Shown here: positions 1 through 10,333 of the stretch, in pieces
Layout: each line of letters starts with the position of its first letter
Position numbering within the stretch: the first letter of the stretch is position 1
The notes under the pieces: generated by a model
What the model saw: the letters and a program-made list of their open reading frames with translations, nothing else
Database searches by the model: none
Told to the model about the DNA's origin: nothing
NCBI GenBank assembly: GCA_033764315.1
Contig: JANRJA010000161.1
Span: forward strand, 1 to 21,983
Direction: 5' to 3'
Source of the DNA: Oculatellaceae cyanobacterium bins.114
GTDB lineage: Bacteria > Cyanobacteriota > Cyanobacteriia > Elainellales > Elainellaceae
DNA: 21,983 bases
Made by a program: the position numbers and the translations under genes

Positions 1-141
1 CCGATCGATCCTCTGATCCAGGAAGCCTAATAGGACGTCAAAACTCAAGATTAACGACTCCATTCGTCTGTCCTCAGGGGGGAGTTTCTTCAGCCTCAAC
101 CGAATTCATCCAATTGTCAAATTTTGAATTTGGAATTGCTG
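1..141. mobile_element. Probable end of an insertion sequence interrupting glgP; terminus reads CAGCAATTCCAAATTC on the minus strand from 141; possible C-terminus of a + strand ORF (PIDPLIQEA*) at 1-30
   Basis: GlgP-like sequence stops abruptly after ...DLRAVI (codon ending at 142) and continues as 11 unrelated residues and a stop. The other end and any target duplication lie outside the window, so the family is not assigned. Confidence 0.55.
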
Positions 142-2355
142 GATCACAGCCCTCAGGTCAGGGTTGGCATGGTAATAATCTCTAGGATTGTAACCCTGGG
201 CTTTGAGAGCTGTGACTTCTCCAGCATTTAAACCAAAGAGGAAGAAGTTTTCGGCTCCTACTTCTTCGCGAATCTCGATGTTGGCTCCATCTAGAGTGCC
301 GATGGTGAGTGCTCCATTCATCGAAAACTTCATGTTGCCTGTACCAGAGGCTTCTTTGCCAGCCGTCGAAATCTGCTCAGAGAGGTCAGCCGCCGGATAA
401 ACCCGTTGACCCAAGGTGACGTTGTAGTCTGGCAAAAAAACCACTTTGAGGCGATCGCGCACATCAGGGTCTTGATTTACCACGTCACCCACGGCGGTAA
501 TGAACTTAATCATTAACTTTGCCATGACGTAACCCGGTGCAGCTTTGCCCCCAAAGATAAAGGTGCGGGGGGTGATATCGAGATTGGGATTTTGCTTCAA
601 CCGATTGTAAAGCGTAATAATGTGCAACACATTGAGGTGTTGTCGCTTGTATTCATGAATCCGCTTGACCTGAATATCAAACATGGAGTCTGGGCTGACC
701 TGCACTCCTGCAGTCTTGAGAATGTATTGCGTTAATTGGTATTTGCGATCAAGTTTGATCTGCTCCCATTTTTGCCGAAAGTCTGGATCGTCTACCCATG
801 CCTCTAGTTGACGCAGTTCTTCCAGGTGTTTGATCCAGTTGTCGCCAATTTTGCTGGTGATGAGATCGGTGAGTTGAGGGTTGCTCAACACCAACCAGCG
901 TCGAGGGGTCACTCCGTTGGTTTTGTTATTAAATTTTTCAGGAAAGGTGTCGTAAAAGTCCCTTAAAACAGTTTGTTTGAGCAACTCAGTATGCAACTCA
1001 GCCACTCCGTTGATGGCGTGACTGCCCACACAGGCGAGGTTTGCCATGCGGACATACCGTTCCCCACTTTCATCAATCAGCGATAGCCGACTGATTCGCC
1101 CCATATCTCCGGGATACTTTAAGCGAACGGTGTCGAGAAATCGACCATTGATCTCAAAAATGATTTCTAAATGCCGGGGGAGCAGGCTGCTAAACAGAGA
1201 TAAGCCCCACCGCTCTAGTGCTTCTGGTAACAAAGTGTGGTTGGTGTAACTCAGCGTATTTTGGGTGATATGCCACGCTTGATCCCACCCCATGCAATGC
1301 TCGTCTATTAACAGTCGCATCAACTCAGCGACAGCGATCGTTGGGTGTGTGTCGTTCATCTGCAAGGCAAATTTTTCGGGTAGGGTTTCTAACGGGTGTC
1401 CTCCCCACAGGTGCCGCCGAATCACGTCTTGCAAGGAACAAGAGACAAAGAAAAATTGTTGCTCTAACCGCAGTTGTTTTCCCTGAAGCTGTTCATCATT
1501 GGGATAAAGCACTTTGGTAATGTTTTCAGAGACGATTTTGGTATTCACCGCTCCATAGTAATCGCCCCGATTAAAGGCCGCAAAATCGAACGACTCAGCG
1601 GCCTCAGCACGCCACAAGCGCAAGGTGTTGGCGGTGTTGGTTTTAAACCCCAGAATGGGTGTGTCATAGGGAACACCCAAAATTGTTTGATAGGGCACCC
1701 AGCGGACTCGATAGCGTCCGTGCTCATTGGTGTAGGGTTCGGTGTGCCCACCAAACTTAACTTCAACGGCTTCTTCAGTGCGAGCGATTTCCCAGGGGTT
1801 GCCATAGCGCAACCACTTGTCAGTAATTTCGACCTGCCAGCCATCTCGCATTTCCTGGTCAAAAATACCAAACTCATAGCGAATGCCATAGCCGATCGCC
1901 GGGATATCTAACGTGGCGAGTGAATCGAGGAAGCAAGCCGCAAGACGACCTAAACCGCCGTTACCCAAACCGGGTTCCTCTTCTTGCTCAATCAGGTGAT
2001 CCAGATTTAAGCCCATCTCTTCGATCGCCTGTTTTACCTGGTCATAGATCCCCAGGTTGATCAGATTGTTGGTCAACTGCGGCCCCATGAGAAATTCGGC
2101 GGAGAGATAACCGACGACTTTGCCTGTTTTTTGATGGGTTTGGGTGGTGTTGAGCCAGCGACGCAAGAGGCGATCGCGCACGGTATAGGCCAACGCCATG
2201 TAGTAGTCATTTGGTGTGGCGATCGCCGGAAACTTGCCTTGAATGTAAAACAGGTTATCGGCAAAGGCCCGTTTGAGGGTTTCGATACTCAACCCAGTGC
2301 GATCGTCTTCAACACGCACCGATTGAGGAAAGGGAGCCTGAATAGGGGGATTCAT
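106..2355 (-). pseudogene. glgP: Glycogen/starch/alpha-glucan phosphorylase, C-terminally truncated (738 native codons plus 11 foreign)
   Basis: Motifs GLGNGGLGRLAACFLDS, NDTHP, YTNHTLLPEALE, QVKRIHEYKRQ and the PLP-lysine motif EASGTGNMKF are present. The conserved C-terminal region with FSSDR-x-I-x-EY is absent. Confidence 0.85.
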
Positions 2356-2386
2356 AAAAAGTCCTCGTTGAGAGTGGGAGCGGAAG

Positions 2387-2406
2387 AGACGCGATTAATC
2401 GCGTCT
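2387..2406. repeat. Perfect 20-bp palindrome AGACGCGATTAATCGCGTCT, a REP/SDR-type element between pgm and glgP
   Basis: Self-complementary; reads GTAC-AGACGCGATTAATCGCGTCT on the minus strand, like cyanobacterial GTAG-type REPs. Confidence 0.75.
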
Positions 2407-2490
2407 GTACTACAGTGATCTGCTCTAGGCACCCCTACCTTTTAGCCTGTATCCTTTTCCACGCCCACCATCGGTTAGAGGAATCGGGGA

Positions 2491-4209
<1,719 letters not shown>

Positions 4210-4270
4210 TTAAGAGGCTGTAAATACGAGAGTGCATCCCCATTTTCAGCTAATTTGTCCAGAAAACATC

Positions 4271-4305
4271 GAGATCTCCAGCTTCTGCCAAAAGCCAGAG
4301 ATCTC
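4271..4305. repeat. Degenerate short dispersed hairpin repeat GAGATCTC...GAGATCTC downstream of xfp
   Basis: GAGATCTCCAGCTTCT-GCC-AAAAGCCAGAGATCTC resembles a common cyanobacterial intergenic hairpin repeat. Confidence 0.5.
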
Positions 4306-4316
4306 AACTCAACTGC

Positions 4317-6698
4317 CTAGTAGGGCCATGTCCAATCGCGGATTTCAGGCATGTCATCTCCATATTTGGCGATGTAATGCTTGTGCTCAATCAGCTTGTC
4401 ATGCAACATTTGTTTGACATGAGCAGCGGTGTATCGCAGTTTGGGCACGCGATCGATGACGTCATCTACGAGGCTAAACCGATCCACTTCGTTTAACACC
4501 ACCATGTCAAAGGGGGTCGTCGTGGTTCCTTCTTCCTTATAGCCGCGCACATGCAGGTTGCAGTGGTTGGTGCGGCGATAGGTGAGTCGGTGAATTAGCC
4601 AGGGATAGCCGTGGAAGGCGAAGATGATTGGCTTATCGGTGGTGAAGATGCTGTCAAAGTCACTATCACTTAAACCGTGGGGATGCTCACTGGCAGGTTG
4701 CAACGTCATCAAATCCACCACGTTGACAAACCGCACCTTGAGATCAGGGAAATGTTGCCGGAGGATGTCAACCGCTGCAAGGCTTTCGAGCGTTGGCACG
4801 TCACCCGCCGACGCCATGACGACATCGGGTTCTTCACCCTGGTCATTGCTTGCCCAACCCCAAATGCCGATGCCTTTGGTGCAGTGCTTGATGGCATCGT
4901 CCATATTTAGAAATTGCAAAGCCGGTTGCTTGCCTGCAACGATGACGTTGACATAGTGACGGCTCCGCAAACAGTGATCAGTTACTGAGAGCAACGTGTT
5001 GGCATCGGGTGGCAGATAGACGCGAATCACCGATGATTTCTTGTTAATCACGTGGTCGATAAACCCAGGGTCTTGGTGAGAGAAGCCGTTGTGGTCTTGC
5101 CGCCAGACGTGGGAAGTCAACAAGTAGTTGAGGGATGCCACCGATCGCCGCCAGGAGATATGGCGTGTGGTTTTGAGCCACTTAGCATGTTGGTTAAACA
5201 TGGAGTCGATCAGGTGGATGAACGCCTCATAGCACGAGAACAAACCATGTCGCCCAGTGAGCAAATAGCCCTCTAACCAACCCTGACAGGTGTGCTCACT
5301 GAGGATCTCCATCACCCGACCCTCCGCAGAGAGGTGATCGTCGTAGGGCAATGTCTCAGCAACCCAGGTGCGATCGCTCACATCTAACACATCCCCCAAG
5401 CGGTTAGAGGCGGTTTCATCGGGCCCAAACAACCGGAAGTTTTTGCTATCGAGATTGAGTTTCATCACATCTCGCAAAAACTGACCCATCACACGGGTGG
5501 CTTCAGCAATTTTGGTGCCCGGTTTGTCAAACTTCACCGCGTAATCGCAGAAGTTGGGCATTTTGAGATCGCGCAACAAAATGCCGCCGTTAGCGTGGGG
5601 GTTGTCACCCATGCGCCGAGTGCCAACGGGAGCCAGTTCTGCCAACTCAGGTAACAATTTGCCAGTTTCATCAAATAACTCTTCTGGCTTGTAACTCTTC
5701 ATCCACTCTTGGAGCAGGCGGATGTGATCGGGCTTAGTCGCCAGTTCGGCAAAGGGCACCTGGTGCGATCGCCAGTAGTCTTCAGTTTTCTTGCCATCGA
5801 CCTCTTTAGGGCCTGTCCAGCCTTTGGGCGATCGCAGGATGATCATCGGCCACTGAGGTCGTTGGCTAAAGCCGTTTGTGCGGGCGTCTTCCTGAATATC
5901 TTTGATTTCACGAATGACAACATCTAGCGTGGCTGCCATCAGTTGGTGCATCGTTTCAGGGTCACTGCCTTCGACAAAATAGGGCTTGTAGCCATACCCG
6001 ATGAATAGGTTTTCCAATTCCTCATGGCTCAGTCGAGCCAACACAGTGGGGTTAGCAATCTTGTAGCCATTCAGGTGCAGAATGGGCAACACGGCTCCAT
6101 CGTGCACTGGGTTTAAGAACTTGTTAGAGTGCCAACTGGTTGCCAGAGGACCTGTTTCAGCTTCGCCATCGCCAACGACGCAAGCCACAATCAAATCAGG
6201 ATTGTCAAAGGCAGCTCCATAGGCGTGGGAAACGGCATACCCTAGTTCGCCACCTTCATGAATCGAGCCAGGGGTTTCAGGTGCAACGTGACTGGGAATT
6301 CCACCGGGGAAGGAAAATTGCTTAAACAGTTTGTGGATTCCCTCTTTGTCTTGAGAGATGTTGGGATAATACTCGCTGTACGTACCTTCGAGATAGGTGT
6401 TGGCGACCAATCCAGGGCCACCGTGTCCGGGACCGGCAATGTAAATCACATCGAGATCAAATTTCTTGATCACCCGATTTAAGTGCACATAGATGAAATT
6501 TAAGCCAGGGGTGGTGCCCCAGTGACCCAGCAATCGAGGTTTGACATGTTCGAGGGTGAGCGGTTCTTGAAGCAGTGGATTGTCAAGCAGATAAATTTGA
6601 CCAACAGACAGATAGTTTGCTGCCCGCCAGTAGGCATTCATCTTTTGTAACTCATCTGATGCCAGAGGCTTGGTTTGAAGCGGAGTTGCAACTGTCAT
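4317..6698 (-). CDS. xfp: Phosphoketolase (xylulose-5-P/fructose-6-P), TPP-dependent
   Basis: [26 protein letters not shown] motif GDGEAETG...[44 protein letters not shown]. Confidence 0.96.
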   Translation of the reverse strand: MTVATPLQTKPLASDELQKMNAYWRAANYLSVGQIYLLDNPLLQEPLTLEHVKPRLLGHWGTTPGLNFIYVHLNRVIKKFDLDVIYIAGPGHGGPGLVANTYLEGTYSEYYPNISQDKEGIHKLFKQFSFPGGIPSHVAPETPGSIHEGGELGYAVSHAYGAAFDNPDLIVACVVGDGEAETGPLATSWHSNKFLNPVHDGAVLPILHLNGYKIANPTVLARLSHEELENLFIGYGYKPYFVEGSDPETMHQLMAATLDVVIREIKDIQEDARTNGFSQRPQWPMIILRSPKGWTGPKEVDGKKTEDYWRSHQVPFAELATKPDHIRLLQEWMKSYKPEELFDETGKLLPELAELAPVGTRRMGDNPHANGGILLRDLKMPNFCDYAVKFDKPGTKIAEATRVMGQFLRDVMKLNLDSKNFRLFGPDETASNRLGDVLDVSDRTWVAETLPYDDHLSAEGRVMEILSEHTCQGWLEGYLLTGRHGLFSCYEAFIHLIDSMFNQHAKWLKTTRHISWRRSVASLNYLLTSHVWRQDHNGFSHQDPGFIDHVINKKSSVIRVYLPPDANTLLSVTDHCLRSRHYVNVIVAGKQPALQFLNMDDAIKHCTKGIGIWGWASNDQGEEPDVVMASAGDVPTLESLAAVDILRQHFPDLKVRFVNVVDLMTLQPASEHPHGLSDSDFDSIFTTDKPIIFAFHGYPWLIHRLTYRRTNHCNLHVRGYKEEGTTTTPFDMVVLNEVDRFSLVDDVIDRVPKLRYTAAHVKQMLHDKLIEHKHYIAKYGDDMPEIRDWTWPY

Positions 6699-7215
6699 AA
6701 AGAAGAAGGGGTAATTGGGAATGCGGTCAATTTGAACTTGATCAACAACGAGTCTCTAGCTTCCTTTTAACCGACTTATGCGAAATACTCGATGCAATTC
6801 AGGTAAACTTAACGTTTGTCTTAAGTCGTTATTTACAAAAAGATAATTCGCTTTTCTAGCAATAGTTTAAGGTCTTGTCAATGACGTTATATCTATCGTT
6901 AGGAGCGATCGCCCCTAAATAACTGCCAAGATCTTTTCTCCCTCTAAGATCCCCAGCTTAGTTAAATTTGCCTTAATTTTTATCTTAATTTCTTTATAAC
7001 GTTTCCATCTCAAATTAAAGCCTCAAACTGCATTAATAAACACATTATTTTTTTAATTAATGCTTAGCAAATCAGTCGATGAGAGGGTGATTGAATTTAA
7101 TCGATAGGATGATGCGATAACAAGCAATTGTTGGTTGAGAAGAGGTGCATTAAGAAGTCAGAATTTTGGATGAGTGCTGATCGACTCCTCTACTCAGCCC
7201 CTTCCACTTGCCTTC

Positions 7216-9519
7216 TTACACCTGAACGGGTTGAAGTTTTTCCAGGCGAACTACGGCATTGTAGTCAGGGACACCCTCTTGCGATCGCTTGTAGCGGTCA
7301 AGTAATCCATTGCCTTCGGGCCAGTGAACCTGTAAGTTTCCGGGTTTGAGGGTGGCGATAAAGAGGCGTCCCTCAAATTGCCCTTGCTCATTGGTCAATC
7401 GGATGCGATCGCCCTCTGACAACCCCAATGCTTCGGCATCGGTGCGGCTCATGTAAACTGCATCCCGAAATGCCCCGGTAATCATGTCCTTCTTGGCTTG
7501 CACCATGCTGTTGAACTGCTTGCCTCGGCGCGTCGTCACTCGAAAATAGCCCTCTGGCAACTCTCGCTGTGGCAGAGCCAGAGGTGAAAAGTGCGCCTTA
7601 CCGTCAGCCGTAGCAAAGTTCCAGCCAAAACACAGGTGGGCACCCCCATACTGAAACTGATCGCCCGCTTCTTTTAAGTGCTGAATGCCCGCATATTGAG
7701 GAATCACCTGAGCAATCTCATCTCGAATCGCTTGAGTATGGGTAAAGCAAGGCTGAGGAATGAAGGATGAAGGATGCAGGGATTCGCCGTTGGCGATAGG
7801 TAATGAACCCTGAACGGGTGAGTTCCCATCTAGCTCTCGTACCCGTTGGGCTAACTCGGTAAATATCTGCCACTCTGGTCGGGCTTCCCCAATCCGGGGG
7901 CCAGGAATCTCAGGACTAAAGATCACCCGTCGCTCGGTACTGGTCTCGGTGACACCCCCCGGAATTTCGTAGCGGGTGGTGGCGGGTAAGAGAATCACCG
8001 TCTCTGCCGGATCAACTAACATCTGGCTGGAACAAACAATGTCAAAATGCACCCGCAATGGCACTCGCTCTAAAGCTTGCTGCACATAGGTAGGGTCAGG
8101 CAAAACTTCTAAAAAGTTGCCACCCACAGAGCAGAGCACCTCTAGCTTGCCGTCTGCTGCCGCGTGAATCATGTCTGTAGCCGTCAGCCCGGTCGTGGTC
8201 GGCACTTCAAAGCCCCATTGTTCACTGAGACGCGCCGCATTCGCTAAGGTAATCGGTTTGCCCCCCGGCAACACCGTGGCATAACAGCCCATCTCAGCCC
8301 CACCCTGCACCCCCGAATGTCCGCGAATGGGCATTAATCCGCAGCCTTCGCGCCCGACAAAACCTTTCGTCAATGCCAGGTTAATGATGGCTCTGACATT
8401 ATCTTCGCCGCACTCGTGTTGGGTGATGCCCATACTCCAGACAAACACAGCCTTTTGAGCCTGTCCTACCATGTCGGCAAAATTCAGCATCTCTGCGCGG
8501 CTTGCCCCCGACCAGCGTTCTAACTCTTCCCAAGATTGGGTATCTAGAGTGGCTTTGAGGTCGGTGAATTCTGACGTGTGGCGATCGCAAAACGACTGAT
8601 CAATCCAACCCTGCTCAATCATGTGCTTGAGAGTGCCGTTCAGAAAGGCGACATCCCCACCGACATTGATCAAAAAGAAATCTTCGGCAAATTTGGTGCC
8701 AAACAGCGCACTTTCAGGAATCGAAGGCACCCAATAGCGTTCCATCCCCGGTTCCCGATAGGGATTGATCACCACAATCCGCGTCCCCGCTTTCTTTGCC
8801 CAATGCAGATACTTCACCGTCACGGGTTGGTTGTTGGCGACATTTGAGCCAATAAACACCAGCAGATCCGTGCCAATCCAGTCTTTATAAGAACAGGTGG
8901 TGGCTCCAGCCCCCAAGGTGGCTTTGAGGGCAGCGGTGCTGGGGGAATGGCAAATTCGAGCGGCGTTGTCGATGTTGTTGCAGCCCATCGATCGCACGGC
9001 TTTTTGCACCGCGTAATAGGTTTCATTTACCGTACCGCGACTGGTGATGTAGCACCCCAGGCGATCGCGCGGAGTGGTGTGAATGCGAGTGGCGATCGCC
9101 TCTAGAGCCTCACTCCAACTGATCCGCCGAAAGCCTCTGTCGCCCTTTTGTCGCAGCATCGGATAGGGCAATCGTCCCATTTCCCGAAGTTCTGCGCTCG
9201 ATCGGGTTCGCAACAACTCCACATCTGCCAGATCCGTGGGATCCAGAGCCGCCATCGTGTTCATTCGCAACAGCCGCAACCGCACATTGCACACATGCAA
9301 GCCATCTAGCGTCCAATCCTTCATTCCTGTGGTGCCCAACGCACACCCATCACACACCCCCTGGTTGAGAATGTTCCAGGCATAGGCCAGTTGATCGCGG
9401 TTTTGCCAGATGGCGCGAAACACCTCCCAGTAGTTGTTGGGATACTGTTCTCCAATTCCAAAGGGTTTCCAGCTTGCCCACAGGTGAGGCGTCCAGCGTT
9501 TGGTTGGCTTTGGCAACAT
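7216..9519 (-). CDS. FdhF/YdeP-family molybdopterin oxidoreductase, 767 aa from the probable ATG at 9519
   Basis: CDGCALG...C N-terminal cysteines, NAARICHSPS (Cys ligand plus His), WSMGITQH, PIRGHSGVQG and C-terminal Moco-dinucleotide domain TRRGKQFNS...PDYNA. Confidence 0.9.
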   Translation of the reverse strand: MLPKPTKRWTPHLWASWKPFGIGEQYPNNYWEVFRAIWQNRDQLAYAWNILNQGVCDGCALGTTGMKDWTLDGLHVCNVRLRLLRMNTMAALDPTDLADVELLRTRSSAELREMGRLPYPMLRQKGDRGFRRISWSEALEAIATRIHTTPRDRLGCYITSRGTVNETYYAVQKAVRSMGCNNIDNAARICHSPSTAALKATLGAGATTCSYKDWIGTDLLVFIGSNVANNQPVTVKYLHWAKKAGTRIVVINPYREPGMERYWVPSIPESALFGTKFAEDFFLINVGGDVAFLNGTLKHMIEQGWIDQSFCDRHTSEFTDLKATLDTQSWEELERWSGASRAEMLNFADMVGQAQKAVFVWSMGITQHECGEDNVRAIINLALTKGFVGREGCGLMPIRGHSGVQGGAEMGCYATVLPGGKPITLANAARLSEQWGFEVPTTTGLTATDMIHAAADGKLEVLCSVGGNFLEVLPDPTYVQQALERVPLRVHFDIVCSSQMLVDPAETVILLPATTRYEIPGGVTETSTERRVIFSPEIPGPRIGEARPEWQIFTELAQRVRELDGNSPVQGSLPIANGESLHPSSFIPQPCFTHTQAIRDEIAQVIPQYAGIQHLKEAGDQFQYGGAHLCFGWNFATADGKAHFSPLALPQRELPEGYFRVTTRRGKQFNSMVQAKKDMITGAFRDAVYMSRTDAEALGLSEGDRIRLTNEQGQFEGRLFIATLKPGNLQVHWPEGNGLLDRYKRSQEGVPDYNAVVRLEKLQPVQV

Positions 9520-9762
9520 AGCAAATCCAGGGGTAGATACGAGGGAGAGCAGACAACAGACGGTAGAGTGCTGTTGGCAGCGTAACGCACCGTCAAGGCA
9601 CTGAGGCATGTAGACCTGGTGTACAGCGTTCACTGCGAGACGCCTTGCAAATGACTAAAGTGAAGAAACAAGTCTGTTGCCATCCTTCACTTCCAAATCT
9701 GCAAGCGCGAATATGCAAATTTGGAACTATTGTTGCTTTGGTTGCTTGATAGATAAGCTCTG

Positions 9763-9929
9763 TTTAAGCAAAAGCTAGAAAGATATAAGCAATCGCTGCA
9801 ATCGTTTGAATCAGAGTAACTCTTGTTCAAACAAGTATAAGTTTCATTTAAGCAAAAGCTAGAAAGATATAAGCGATCGCTGCAATCGTTTGAATCAGAG
9901 TAACTCTTGTTCAAACAAGTATAAGTTTC
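9763..9929. repeat. Two near-identical 84-bp tandem units (9763-9846 and 9847-9929) within a degenerate 21-nt-period array starting near 9700
   Basis: Direct comparison shows one internal substitution (GCAATCGC vs GCGATCGC); 84 = 4 x 21. Confidence 0.9.
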
Positions 9930-9932
9930 CCT

Positions 9933-10270
9933 CTACCGTGTACACACGTCTTTTGGTCAACCCTCAAAATGCTATGTCTGCCCCCAACCCCCCAATTCCA
10001 GCTACCGTATACACAGATCTCGAGTTGAGAGGTCAAAACCTGGCTCGATCCCCCTCAATCCCCCTTGAAAAGAGAGACTTTGACTCCGATCCCCTCCTTT
10101 TTAAGGAGGGTTAGGGAGGATCAAACCCAGCCCAGGCTAAATCATAAGACTTGTGTGTACACCGTAGCTCAATTCCAGTGGGCTTCCGGATCTCAAAGTT
10201 CCCCAAATGGGGGGATTTAGAGGGCTAAGAAAGCTTAAACGTTAGTCAAAAGATTTTTGCGTAACAGTAG
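9933..10270. mobile_element. Older degenerate MITE (outer element), about 161 bp once the inner insertion is removed
   Basis: Left end CTACCGTGTACACACGTCTTTTG; right end reverse complement CTACTGTTACGCAAAAATCTTTTG; internal C-rich/G-rich hairpin arms. Confidence 0.6.
10002..10167. mobile_element. 166-bp MITE (inner element) with an 11-bp target-site duplication
   Basis: Terminal inverted repeats CTACCGTATACACAGATC and GACTTGTGTGTACACCGTAG; flanked by CCCAATTCCAG (9991-10001) and CTCAATTCCAG (10168-10178). Confidence 0.8.
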
Positions 10271-10333
10271 CCTATTTTTGGAGAAGGGGCTAAGGGATGA
10301 GGGCAAAAAGTGCACGTTCATCAATCCACAAGC

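Noticed and set aside
6732..6745. FNR-like box TTGAA-CTTG-ATCAA upstream of xfp
   Set aside because: One mismatch, very close to the start codon, in AT-rich sequence, and no evidence for a cognate regulator
6961..7000. Pho-box-like CTTAATTT direct repeats
   Set aside because: Irregular 11/12-bp spacing in low-complexity AT-rich DNA, and oriented away from xfp
9520..9660. Moco or other riboswitch upstream of the molybdoenzyme
   Set aside because: I could not match a known consensus; the GGTGCGTTACGC segment looks like a dispersed repeat remnant. An Rfam scan would settle it.
9763..9929. CRISPR array
   Set aside because: The units are contiguous with no unique spacers, and no cas genes are present
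9890..10114. 74-aa plus-strand ORF
   Set aside because: It runs through the tandem repeat and nested MITEs, so it is probably a chance frame
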